Below are positions 22,088 through 31,672 of a stretch of 64,000 nucleotides of DNA, one piece after another. The notes beneath the pieces are model-generated. The model was not told where the DNA came from. It worked only from the letters and a program-made list of their open reading frames with translations, and made no database searches. A program made the position numbers and the translations under genes. Position 1 is the stretch's first letter; each line of letters opens with the position of its first letter. The DNA comes from an uncultured Bacteroidota bacterium (GTDB lineage Bacteria; Bacteroidota; Rhodothermia; Rhodothermales; DASSAV01): contig CAWBQO010000002.1 in assembly GCA_963790965.1 (NCBI GenBank), forward strand, positions 1-64,000. Direction: 5' to 3'.

Positions 22088-22176
22088 TGTTGTGTCAGTC
22101 AAATAGACAATCTCAAAGGCACTGTCTATTGGTGCTTCAATCATCAACTGAGACGGGATAGAGCCTACGCAATTTA

Positions 22177-23626
22177 ACGGTCGTGTCTCAAAGTCGTCTA
22201 GAGTTTAGTAGCAACTGACTCCCGTAAGGACGGGGTCACCTCTGGTGTCCAACCCACGAGGTACCCCATGCACGCCACAATCGACGTGCGGTTCACGATT
22301 AGCATCGACGACCACAAAACGATACCGCTCGCCACCCTCGCTGAGTTCCTTACCGACCAGAACGTTGAATCCGTTCTTCTTGAAGAACTCGTCGAGAGCC
22401 TCGACGCGAGTCGCGTCGAGGCGCTCTGTGGCCAGAAACACGCCCACGGCAACGGGAATCAACGCTTCCAACGCGCCGGCACCGATACCCGCACAGCCGT
22501 CACAACCGCCGGTGAACACGAATTCACCCTTCACTACGTCGAAGATACCGCCGCAGACCACGATGAATCCAGCTATTTCCGGCCCGTCGAAGACGTTCTC
22601 GGCTTCGACGGGCAAAACCGCTATCAACAGGATATTGCCGCCAAGAGCGTCGATCTCGCTACTTCGCTCAGCTACCGTGACGCTGCCGATCACGGCGACG
22701 GCATCGGGCCGATGCCGTCGCCGACCACCATCAACCGCCGCGCCAGAGAATACGGCAGCAAGCTCAAGCAGTTCCTTCCGGAGTGTGTCGCTGGCACAGA
22801 CACTGACGCCGTCATTGCTGACGTCACGAAGTGTCACAGCCAAGACGACGACCGCTCGTACCACTCCGCCCAAGCCACACTCGGCGAAGACACCGCCGAA
22901 GAATCTCGCTCTCTGCTGGATCTGTCGGTTAACACTGACTGGGACGAGACAGCTGCCGATCTCGATGACATCAATGCAGTCACTGACGACGCCACGGTCG
23001 TCAGTGACGCTGATGAGGGCATCGTTACGGCGTTTACCGACGAAACTCGTGATCACCAACTCGATCTCGTCCACGTCGGTCGGACGCTAGATTACAACCT
23101 CTGGGATGATGGCGTGTTCTCCTTGGACCGCCGCAACAAGATCGTCTCTGAGGTGATCGACGAGGTATTTCATCTGAAGAACTCGGTCACCAAGCACCGT
23201 CCAGAAGAAGAGTTCGCGGCGATCCACGAGCGGATCGCGCGAACGACCGAGCGTATCGAGAAGACAGCGTGGCAACTGGAGCAGTTCGGGTCAGAGAAGG
23301 CTGCAGGGTACCTTCGGCGGTGGTTGCCGTCAATTGTGACGTTCGCCGAGCATGCCGTCAAGGGGTTCGAGGTGCCGTGGACCTCGAACCCCGTTGAACG
23401 GCTGATGGGCGAGGTCAGCAAGCGATGCAAGAATCAGTGGATGCGCTGGACAGCGGATGGATTAAAGGCGTTGCTCCAGCTTCGGCTGGTGAAGTACGCT
23501 GATCCAGCGTACTACCAGTTGTTCTTCGACGGCCTTCTCCAGCGATCGACCAAAACAGCAATGAGCTGTGACCTCTCAATTGAGAGTACCAGAGGCAAAC
23601 TCTAGACCGCTTTGCAACACGACCAA
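22177..23626 (+). mobile_element. Intact ISH-type insertion sequence (~1.45 kb; size and 25-bp inverted repeats reminiscent of the ISH6 family)
   Basis: Inverted repeats ggtcgtgtctcaaagtcgtctagag (22179..22203) and ctctagaccgctttgcaacacgacc (23600..23624); single 445-aa transposase ORF inside. Confidence 0.7.
22268..23605 (+). CDS. ISH-type transposase (445 aa)
   Basis: Full-length ORF; two truncated paralogs in this window (7690..8221 minus strand, 18232..19107 plus strand); conserved C-terminal VPWTSNPVERLMGEVSKRCKNQWMRW. Confidence 0.7.
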   Translation: MHATIDVRFTISIDDHKTIPLATLAEFLTDQNVESVLLEELVESLDASRVEALCGQKHAHGNGNQRFQRAGTDTRTAVTTAGEHEFTLHYVEDTAADHDESSYFRPVEDVLGFDGQNRYQQDIAAKSVDLATSLSYRDAADHGDGIGPMPSPTTINRRAREYGSKLKQFLPECVAGTDTDAVIADVTKCHSQDDDRSYHSAQATLGEDTAEESRSLLDLSVNTDWDETAADLDDINAVTDDATVVSDADEGIVTAFTDETRDHQLDLVHVGRTLDYNLWDDGVFSLDRRNKIVSEVIDEVFHLKNSVTKHRPEEEFAAIHERIARTTERIEKTAWQLEQFGSEKAAGYLRRWLPSIVTFAEHAVKGFEVPWTSNPVERLMGEVSKRCKNQWMRWTADGLKALLQLRLVKYADPAYYQLFFDGLLQRSTKTAMSCDLSIESTRGKL

Positions 23627-23713
23627 AAAATCATCGATACGATTGGTACTGCGACAGGAAAGGGCGATTGAGAGGTAATCTGAAGCAGTACCCAATCACG
23701 GATACGTTCGATA

Positions 23714-23756
23714 TCACACATTACAGGCTCTCTAAACCCGTTATAGTCTCAGCTTC
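23714..23756 (+). repeat. Copy 1 of a 43-bp intergenic repeat (tcacacattacagNNNNNctaaacccNNNNtagtctcaNcttc)
   Basis: 36/43 identity with 35888..35930; both copies lie 90-150 bp downstream of a plus-strand transposase gene. Confidence 0.5.
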
Positions 23757-24131
23757 CGACGATGCGCAGAAGTTGAGACCGATCTTCTCAATGCATGCGT
23801 TCGGTTCAGCCTCCATGACGTGTTAGCACTGCACAGCAGCTACACAGTTGGCGAACCACTCTGGAACGACATCACTCGGATTCAGTTCAGATAGGGCCGT
23901 CACCTCAGCCGGCGCGTTCGTTGAGCGGACTGCTGGGAGAACAGGTGACTCCCCCACCCCACGTCACCCCGGGAAGCGGGCACGGCTACGGCGCGCCCGA
24001 CGAACGCAGAGTGAGATTGCGCTCTATAACCGCACAACCAATCAGCCCCTGATTTACTTCTCATCACGTCATTCACTCCCATTGCCGGGAGACAGGCATA
24101 ACCGCCTAGCCCTCCTCTACTAGAGTTACTC

Positions 24132-25340
24132 ATGGATATCTCCGAGATCCTCTTCACGAAGTTCACCGAGTTCGATATTGGGACGCCGCTCTCGAAGGTC
24201 GCCGGCGCATTCGAGAATCAAGAACTCAATGCCGTCGTGGTGACTGACGGTGACGAGTATCGTGGTGTCGTCAGCCGCCGACAGTTGGCTTCCTCGTCCA
24301 ATCAACCCTCTGCAAAGGTCGGCTCACAAGCCCAGCACGTCCCGACCGTCGACCGCACAGAGGACGTTCGGGAGGTTGCGCGGCTCATGATTGGTAGCGA
24401 CGCCAAAACGCTTCCCGTGCTGGATAACGACCGTCTCGTCGGTGTGGTGACCGCAGATGCTGTCCTTGAGGCTGTCCGCCCCTTCCTCAACGCGGTGACT
24501 GTCAAGGACGCGTATTCATCGAAGTTAGTCAGTGCGACCCCCAAGACGACAATCGGAAAAGCCCTCCACATGCTTCGGGAATCCGGTATCGCCCACCTCC
24601 CTGTTATCGACGGAGACGACCTCGCGGGGATCGTAAGCCTGTACGACGTTATCGAGTTTACGACGCGAGGCGGTAGTAAGAGCCAGGGTGGATCGTCGGG
24701 GAGTTTCGGTGGCCGCGGACGCTCTAAGAGGAGTCACGGTGGATTCGGTGCCCGTGAGGGCGACTCCGACCGGATGCTCGATCTGCCGGTCCGGAACCTG
24801 ATGTCTGATGCAGTTGTGACGGTCCGGCGAAGCGCCCCGCTCGACGAGGTCGTCGAAACGATGTTCGAACGTGAGATCTCCTCGCTTGTCGTCACAGCCG
24901 ACCAAACAGGCGACCCAGTCGGTATCATCACAAAGACGGACGTCATTGAGGCGCTTACCTGGGAACGCGACGACCGGAACGCCGTGCAAGTGTTCGGACT
25001 CGACTTGCTAGAGGGAATGGACTACGACGACGTCTCCGCGTTGATCGAGAGTGTAACCTCGAAGTACGGCGAGATGAGCGTCATCCAGGCCAGTATCGAA
25101 CTGCAGGAGCATAAGGAACAGAGCCGGGGCGTACCATTAGTGCTGGCACGGATTCGGCTGGTCACCGACCGTGGCTACTTCACGGCCGATGGCGAAGGCT
25201 ACGGTGCCTCCCATGCCCTCCGACTCGCCGCGAACGCGATCGAACGCCAACTCCTCAAGGGGAAGACGTACGGCCAATCGAAGAAGCAATCCGACCCCGA
25301 GGCTCAAGAGCACCTCTACGGGTGGTGGCTCGGCGGGTAA
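24132..25340 (+). CDS. CBS-domain protein (two CBS pairs) with a C-terminal alpha/beta domain
   Basis: Four CBS-like repeats (…VVVTDGDEYRGVVSRRQL…, …LPVLDNDRLVGVVTADAVL…, …LPVIDGDDLAGIVSLYDVI…, …LVVTADQTGDPVGIITKTDVI…). Confidence 0.6.
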   Translation: MDISEILFTKFTEFDIGTPLSKVAGAFENQELNAVVVTDGDEYRGVVSRRQLASSSNQPSAKVGSQAQHVPTVDRTEDVREVARLMIGSDAKTLPVLDNDRLVGVVTADAVLEAVRPFLNAVTVKDAYSSKLVSATPKTTIGKALHMLRESGIAHLPVIDGDDLAGIVSLYDVIEFTTRGGSKSQGGSSGSFGGRGRSKRSHGGFGAREGDSDRMLDLPVRNLMSDAVVTVRRSAPLDEVVETMFEREISSLVVTADQTGDPVGIITKTDVIEALTWERDDRNAVQVFGLDLLEGMDYDDVSALIESVTSKYGEMSVIQASIELQEHKEQSRGVPLVLARIRLVTDRGYFTADGEGYGASHALRLAANAIERQLLKGKTYGQSKKQSDPEAQEHLYGWWLGG

Positions 25341-25448
25341 CGGACTCTATTCTCCCACAGAGAAAGGTGGAAGGAGTCGATCGAAAGACGACCAGTGTGC
25401 GTCGATTGGTAGGTAGTCTGTGAGAGACTGATTGCACCAATGGCGGAT

Positions 25449-26084
25449 CTAGTGATACTGTTGTTCGACCTCGAGCGCCTCGCGGACGGCGTCGTCGAAA
25501 TGTGTCCGTAGTTCGTCGCTGAACGCCTGGACGTGTGAATCCTGCTGTACAACTTCTAGCGAACCCCAGTCACCGGCATCGGTTGCCGCATACAATTGTG
25601 TGAACTTCTCCCCATTGTTGCCGTACGCAATGACAACGACAGACGGCTTCACCTCTTCAGCACCTTTGGGGGAGTGCCTCCCGCCCCACTCATCGATTTC
25701 GGTGACACTCACCCGATCGAACGTCGCAAGTTCTGCGCTGAATTCACCGGCCCCAAAGCGCTGAATCAGCTGTTCGCGAGCCCATTTCCGTGTCTCGTTA
25801 GTTTCGGTATCCCTCCCTATTACGGTCTCTTCGGTGATCAATTCGATGACCCAGTGTGTGAGTAGCGGCCCGGTCATCTCAGCAGTTGACTGAGTACCGA
25901 CGTCGCCTTCTTGGATACGATCGCCGTCCTGAACGCGGATATACCGTGGATTCGACGCGGGGAGATCGATGAAAATTTCTCCCGGATCTACGTTGACCAG
26001 TGCTTCGACGCCGTCGATCGTTCGTGTTTCTATTGTTTTCTTTGTATGTTCATTCATAATTGGTGGCTCTGGCGTACCGGACAC
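25449..26084 (-). CDS. hypothetical protein
   Basis: 211-aa acidic ORF with haloarchaeal composition; no motif recognised. Confidence 0.35.
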   Translation of the reverse strand: MSGTPEPPIMNEHTKKTIETRTIDGVEALVNVDPGEIFIDLPASNPRYIRVQDGDRIQEGDVGTQSTAEMTGPLLTHWVIELITEETVIGRDTETNETRKWAREQLIQRFGAGEFSAELATFDRVSVTEIDEWGGRHSPKGAEEVKPSVVVIAYGNNGEKFTQLYAATDAGDWGSLEVVQQDSHVQAFSDELRTHFDDAVREALEVEQQYH

Positions 26085-26729
26085 AGCGAGCAGAAGGTGG
26101 GTCGACCTGACGTCCGTTCAATCGGGTGATCCACATCCATCTGGCAGACACAGACTGCGTCGACGAACGCCGTCACCGATTCGGCAAGAGAGTTACTGTT
26201 TGATATACGCCGGCAAGATGGTTTACCCTGTCGTCCGTTCTCACAGTACGGACACAATGTCCGCACTCCTGAACAGATATTCGTCAAAATACGCTCATAC
26301 CTCGAATCGCAGCCAGTAACTCGGTGCTGCCGAGGAAGCGATATCGAGTCCTATTCGAGGAGTTCAACAACGCTGATCAACCGTGCTTCCGTGAACAAAC
26401 GACCAATCAGGAGGTGGAAACTAATAGCGGGGCCACCGTTCCCAACAGACAATGCGGTCACACCATCATGGAACGAAGTCATTCATCGATTTCATGAGCA
26501 CATACATATAGGACCATCCCAAACGCTGTCCAAGGTGAGGGGAACGAAGCTCGTACCCAGTCGGAATGGCAGATCGAAAAGCGCGATGAGGACGGTCTCA
26601 ACTTCATACGCGCCTGTCCGGAGTGATGGGCCGAGGAAGACGTATTTTTAAATCACACACCGGAACACGAGCGACCCAGACGGTAGTTGTACACCGAGAG
26701 CGGTCTGGCAGAAGAGGCGAGACGAATCG

Positions 26730-27158
26730 TCAGCTCTGTGTTTGACGGATGAACTCGTCGAGTGCTTCTTCGATGAGCGTCGCAACCCGTTCACTATATT
26801 GCCAGAGTGCTGCGTTGAGTCGCTCTTCGGTCTCGTCTTCCAGTTCGTCTGGCCCACGAAGAACGGAGTCTTTGGTTATCTGGGGGTGGTACACACAGAC
26901 CACGCCGAGTGAGATATCCGAACTCGAGGTTCCTGCCGTGTGGATTCCATACTGATCGGTTCCCCAGACACCATCGCCGCCCTCTCGCTCCAGTTCGGAG
27001 TCGAGCGCATCGAGCAGTTGTATCTCTTTAGGGGAGAGGATGGGATCGCCACCTTCGAACAGTTCAGTGTACGCCTCCATCCGGGCACTTTTCGTCCACT
27101 GGTCCAATTGGGAACGCGCTCGTAGTACGAGTTGTCGTTCGTCTGGGAATTCAGCCAT
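26730..27158 (-). CDS. hypothetical protein
   Basis: 142-aa acidic ORF; no motif recognised. Confidence 0.35.
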   Translation of the reverse strand: MAEFPDERQLVLRARSQLDQWTKSARMEAYTELFEGGDPILSPKEIQLLDALDSELEREGGDGVWGTDQYGIHTAGTSSSDISLGVVCVYHPQITKDSVLRGPDELEDETEERLNAALWQYSERVATLIEEALDEFIRQTQS

Positions 27159-27342
27159 GGTCCTAGAAGGGGTGCAAGGCGAATGAACGTTTGTACAACG
27201 TCCTCGGATGGTGGGTGTGTCAGTGGCGGCGGTGTACCCAACACCGGGTACGACGAGAATGACCGTGAAGAACTTGGGGGGGACGCTGGCTGAGTTACGA
27301 CTGAAATTGTATGGCTCTCTCGGTGACGGGTGTTCTGCGAGC

Positions 27343-27582
27343 TCAGTTCTCGAATTCGTCGTCGTATTGTTCGTAGGTAATCGTCAGCTTGCCTGCTGTT
27401 GGACGTTTCGCTGCATCTCGAAGCGTTTTGAACGATTCAAGGAGTTCGCTTGTGTTGACTGAGTCCTCTAAGACACTCGATGACTCTTCCCGAATCGTAT
27501 CGTATACTCGCTCCAGAATGCGCCGAGCGGCGTACGAATCGGTTTTTGAGTCAATCTCGAATGAAGCCACGTATCGCGACAT
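27343..27582 (-). CDS. small hypothetical protein
   Basis: 79-aa ORF, acidic, immediately upstream of pyrH on the same strand. Confidence 0.25.
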   Translation of the reverse strand: MSRYVASFEIDSKTDSYAARRILERVYDTIREESSSVLEDSVNTSELLESFKTLRDAAKRPTAGKLTITYEQYDDEFEN

Positions 27583-27623
27583 ACTCAGATGTCGTTCTCC
27601 ACCAGGTTAACAGCCGTCATGTT

Positions 27624-28325
27624 TCAGCGGGAGTTGTCATCGTCTCCGTCCGAGATGATTCTCGTCCCCTCGAATTTGCCGGTTCGGACAGCGGTGAGGA
27701 TGCACTCTGGATCGGTTCCGTCGATAACCACTGTTTCGCAGTGTGCACGTTGGATTATCTTCGCGGCGAGAAGGTCGATCGGTACACTTCTCCCGGCAGT
27801 GCTGTCGATATCGAGGATGAGGGTAATGAGTTGGCTCGCGCGTAACTCGCCGAATGGTTCTGCGTCTGGGTGAGTGTGGGGATCCGCGCTAAAGACGCCA
27901 GGCACGTTCGTCGCATAGATGAGACGTTCTGCGTTGATGTATTCAGCAAGTAGTGCGCTCACTGCATCAGTAGTTTGACCGGGTGCTGATCCACCCATGA
28001 CGACGATGTCGCCACAGCGGAGCGCTCTGCCCGCCGCTTCGTAGTCTGTAGATGGCGTCAAGACGGCATCGTCGCCGATTGCCGCGATGAGAAGCCGGGC
28101 GTTTAGCCGAGTAACCCCGATACCGATTTGATCAAGTTCGACTTCGTTCGCACCGATAGCTCGCCCCACATCGATGAATTCACGCGCAGGAGATCCACCT
28201 CCGGTAACGACACAGACGTTGTGCTCCTCGGCGAGTGTTGTGATGACGGCTGCGTACTCTCGAAACTGTTCTGGGTCAAGCGTCGGCACGAGGAGACTCC
28301 CGCCGAGTGCGAGTACGATGCGCAT
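27624..28325 (-). CDS. pyrH: Uridylate (UMP) kinase, archaeal type
   Basis: MRIVLALGGSLL amino-acid-kinase N-terminus, VVTGGGSPARE, GDIVVMGGSAPGQTTDAV motifs; ~230 aa as in archaeal PyrH. Confidence 0.8.
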   Translation of the reverse strand: MRIVLALGGSLLVPTLDPEQFREYAAVITTLAEEHNVCVVTGGGSPAREFIDVGRAIGANEVELDQIGIGVTRLNARLLIAAIGDDAVLTPSTDYEAAGRALRCGDIVVMGGSAPGQTTDAVSALLAEYINAERLIYATNVPGVFSADPHTHPDAEPFGELRASQLITLILDIDSTAGRSVPIDLLAAKIIQRAHCETVVIDGTDPECILTAVRTGKFEGTRIISDGDDDNSR

Positions 28326-29742
28326 GATACTCTATAGATTGTAGGACAGCGTCGAAGAATAATCTATGCACCTCTTAGTGAACCCGCCACGTTTTGGACG
28401 CAGACCGCCGACTGTCGTCCATGGCGACGATTGTCTATCAGGCGTAGATGACACTATCTCGGAAGAAATCGACGATGAGAAACTGAACTATCGAGAGGAC
28501 CACCGGCAGATTCATCACGGCGATGATGAGTACACGCACATTCCCAAGAGAACGCGTCTATACGGTGACAATGGCGGATCCACACTTCGAAAACGAGTAA
28601 GGCGATTCACTCGGTCATGGTGTGTGCTGTGCAACAGCTTTATCAACAGCTTGGGGGTCAGGTGGCTCGAGAGAGCGTCGCTCTCTCGTCATTGCGGGGG
28701 GCACTGTCTAGTTAACCTCCTGCGCTGGCGTTCTTCAATCAAGCGATCGGTGCGGTCGCTGAACGTTGTAATAACGCACAAACATCGCAAGCCATCGGCA
28801 GACGCTCAACCGACTGCCCATCCATAAGTTGTGGAACGATTGACCTTCATCTTCGATAGCGCTGGTTAAGTTACGAACGACACGAAACGTCCACAAGTTC
28901 TCGTCATCGATTGTGAATAACGAATTAACTCACAGTGTTCTGCCTCATCCGATTTCAGCATGGACTCCTCCTGAATACCTCTGATTTGTGCGATTTGAGC
29001 CAAACTAGTATGGTATAGATACGCTTCTGAACTGGCGGTTGATTGTCGAGCGCTTGACACAGTCGGTGAACTCAAACACAGAACGACTGTGTGGGTCTTC
29101 ACTCGGACAGCTATCCTGACGGATGACACTTGCCAGTATATTAATGCACCAGTCGTATCTCGTTGGATATACATCTCTGTGATGACGGGAAAACGAAGAG
29201 ACGGCCCTGAATGAGAGGCGTTGACTGCCGGAATGTTAGAATCCAAATCGCAATCTCGTCACCCCCGGTTCTGCAAGAGAGCAGGATTGCAACTAGTTTC
29301 TACGGAGGTCTATAGATAATAAATGACGTTCGAAAACGCCGGGTTATTTTAACAGCAAACGAAACATCCACTGCTGCCACTTCTATTTCGGGTTCGCCTG
29401 TATCACCTACAATCTCTGGCTGTTGACTGACTTCCTCGTCCAAGAGCGGATCGGCGTGATCGAGACGCGGATGAAACCACGAACCACGCTGAAACGGTTC
29501 CTTCGGTGGCTTGATCGGGCGATTCAACGAGTCCTGTAGACTCGCTCCGGGCTCGCCCCTTGGAGAGGCGTCACTTTTCTGGCGGTCGAAATTTGTCGTA
29601 GAATGATAACTTTTGAGAGATGATTTGATTATTCTGGAGTGGAATCAGTTATTTTCACTGGATGATCTGAGTAAGACACTGTGAAACTAGCCGACCTCGT
29701 GAACGCGAGGGCCCTCATTCGCAACTCCCACTGCGCGACAAT

Positions 29743-29761
29743 TTGAGACTGGTCGTCTCAA
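29743..29761. repeat. Near-perfect palindrome ttgagac-tggtc-gtctcaa resembling the abutted termini of the ISH-type inverted repeat
   Basis: 7-bp arms identical to the outer inverted-repeat motif (…gtctcaaag… and ttgagac). A related motif, ttgagaccgatcttctcaatgcat, occurs at 23776..23799. Confidence 0.35.
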
Positions 29762-29821
29762 TGCATATGGCATTCTGACGAAGTTCATAAATAGTATGAA
29801 AACGTAGTCCCGGATAGAACG

Positions 29822-30190
29822 ATGGCACGAATCACCGGGTCCTACCCAGATGACCTTGACCTCCTCATCGAGGGTGCTGTCGAGGCTGGTGTCTTCGGGG
29901 GCAAGAGCGATGCGTTGCGCGAGTTCGTGCGTGAATACTTCGAGGACCACGAGAACGAACGTATTGCAGCTGCGGTGGCCCTCTACGAACGCGAGCGGAT
30001 CACACTCGGTGATGCCGCGAGACTCGCTGATGTCGACCGCTGGACGATGCGTGACATCCTCCGTGAGCACGGTGTTGAACTTCGCCTCGGGCTCGTTGAC
30101 GAAGACGACGCAGCCTACGAGGTAGAGGCAGCACGCGAACTCGAATTCGATGATGAGGACTCGTCTGATGAGGAGTCATGTGTTAAATGA
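29822..30190 (+). CDS. UPF0175-family antitoxin
   Basis: 122 aa; C-terminal ITLGDAARLADVDRWTMRDILREHGVEL HTH-like signature of UPF0175; acidic tail; 4-nt overlap with the downstream PIN gene. Confidence 0.6.
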   Translation: MARITGSYPDDLDLLIEGAVEAGVFGGKSDALREFVREYFEDHENERIAAAVALYERERITLGDAARLADVDRWTMRDILREHGVELRLGLVDEDDAAYEVEAARELEFDDEDSSDEESCVK

Positions 30191-30693
30191 CAGGTGACGA
30201 TCTACCAGCGAACCCGAGCGTCTTGAACACGACTGTCCTCTCGAATTTTGCGTACATCGATCAGCTGTGGGTAGTTGCTTCCCTCTCTGGAATCTGTACG
30301 GTACCAGTCGTCCGTGAGGAGCTTGAACACGGCATTGATAACCATCCATATCTCCAGAAAGCACTCGATACACTTGATGACGAAATCCCAGTCGCGACTA
30401 TTTCGGATACTGTCGCAAACAGAGAAGCCGTTGTTGGTGGGCATCTCGACCCTGGGGAAGCACAGGCGTTCGCCCTCGCCGACGCACACGACGGTCGGCT
30501 GCTGACAGACGACGGAGATGCCCGGTCGTTTGCGAAAGACCAGGGTGTGACCGTTGTCGGGTCGGTTGGCGTTCTGTTGGCTGCAATCGATGCTGGGAAA
30601 ATCGATGAAGCCACTGCTGACGAGTGGCTGTCGACGTGGATCGATGAGATTGGCTACTACGTCCCGTATCGAACGATCGCCGAGTATCGGTGA
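30187..30693 (+). CDS. PIN-like nuclease toxin (DUF3368 family)
   Basis: VLNTTVLSNFAYIDQLWVV N-terminal motif and acidic residues typical of DUF3368 PIN-fold proteins, the cognate partner of UPF0175. Confidence 0.6.
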   Translation: MTGDDLPANPSVLNTTVLSNFAYIDQLWVVASLSGICTVPVVREELEHGIDNHPYLQKALDTLDDEIPVATISDTVANREAVVGGHLDPGEAQAFALADAHDGRLLTDDGDARSFAKDQGVTVVGSVGVLLAAIDAGKIDEATADEWLSTWIDEIGYYVPYRTIAEYR

Positions 30694-30752
30694 CGGGCTT
30701 GCTCGGAGTTCGAAACGCCTGATTAGTGTGACCGTGAACACGTCTATTACCA

Positions 30753-31658
30753 ATGAGTGAAGCCGACAGACGGCTGTCCGAAGAGAGCGAACAACGGTTT
30801 CTGGATCTGTACGCTCATCTATTAGTGTATGTCAACGACCGATTCGATGTCATCGAAGAGATCGAAACGGTCGCTGATCTTGAACAGCACTATACTGACG
30901 AGCTTCTCCCGCTCCGAAACACGCTGTACAACGAGTCGACGACAGACCTGATAGAGGACTTCGTTGAACAGAACCCTCCCGACCTGTCGGAGGCTAATCT
31001 CGAACAGGTCGCAGCGTGGACTGACTTCGTCGCCGGTGAGTTCGTCGTCCGCTATCGCGAGGACGACGCGATCTTCCTCGATTGGACAGAACCGCCGAAA
31101 GCATATGCAGTCCGCCCGGCTCGACTTCCGTTCGCCGAAGTGTGGGACGAGTCCGCACTTCCAGTCCCAGTTTCGAGTGTCGTCCTATTGCCGTTCGAGG
31201 ACCAGATCGTCTACGACGGCTGGATCGGGGTCAAGAACATCATCTTCGGGGGTTCCCTCAGTACTGACATCGATGACGAGTACGAAGAGGCCAAACATCG
31301 CTTCGGCATCATCGACTCGCTTCCAGTACCCGAGGAAGACGAAAAGACGGACGCCGAGGAGTTGCGCTTCTACATGAAGAACAAGCGCAACCGAGAGCGA
31401 TACGCGTCGGAGATCGAGCAGTTGCGGGAGAAAACCGACGAACTGGAGCGGATTTACCACCAGGAAATGGGGAAGGCCCGAGCCCGCAGCTTGGGTCACG
31501 AACTGCGCGAGTTGGGACTCAACGAAGCCTATGTAGCGATCTACGATGATCGGATCATCACTAGTGCCCCCTCCGAATCCGAGGTTCGCAAGCTACTCGA
31601 AGAGATTATGCCCGCTGGGAAGGCTGATCACCCCTACATCTACCACTTCGATCCCTGA
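30753..31658 (+). CDS. hypothetical protein (301 aa), acidic, C-terminal coiled coil
   Basis: Long ORF with consistent haloarchaeal codon and amino-acid usage; no known motif. Confidence 0.4.
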   Translation: MSEADRRLSEESEQRFLDLYAHLLVYVNDRFDVIEEIETVADLEQHYTDELLPLRNTLYNESTTDLIEDFVEQNPPDLSEANLEQVAAWTDFVAGEFVVRYREDDAIFLDWTEPPKAYAVRPARLPFAEVWDESALPVPVSSVVLLPFEDQIVYDGWIGVKNIIFGGSLSTDIDDEYEEAKHRFGIIDSLPVPEEDEKTDAEELRFYMKNKRNRERYASEIEQLREKTDELERIYHQEMGKARARSLGHELRELGLNEAYVAIYDDRIITSAPSESEVRKLLEEIMPAGKADHPYIYHFDP

Positions 31659-31672
31659 CCGAGAGTCCACAG

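Noticed and set aside
22205-23090. 289-aa minus-strand and 281-aa plus-strand alternative-frame ORFs inside the ISH transposase gene
   Set aside because: Overlapping and shadow frames of the 445-aa transposase. The transposase frame alone is conserved with the two paralogous fragments.
28366-28827. 153-aa ORF in the region downstream of pyrH
   Set aside because: Cys/Arg/His-rich, unlike the acidic haloarchaeal proteome, in a region otherwise devoid of coherent ORFs. Treated as non-coding or decayed.
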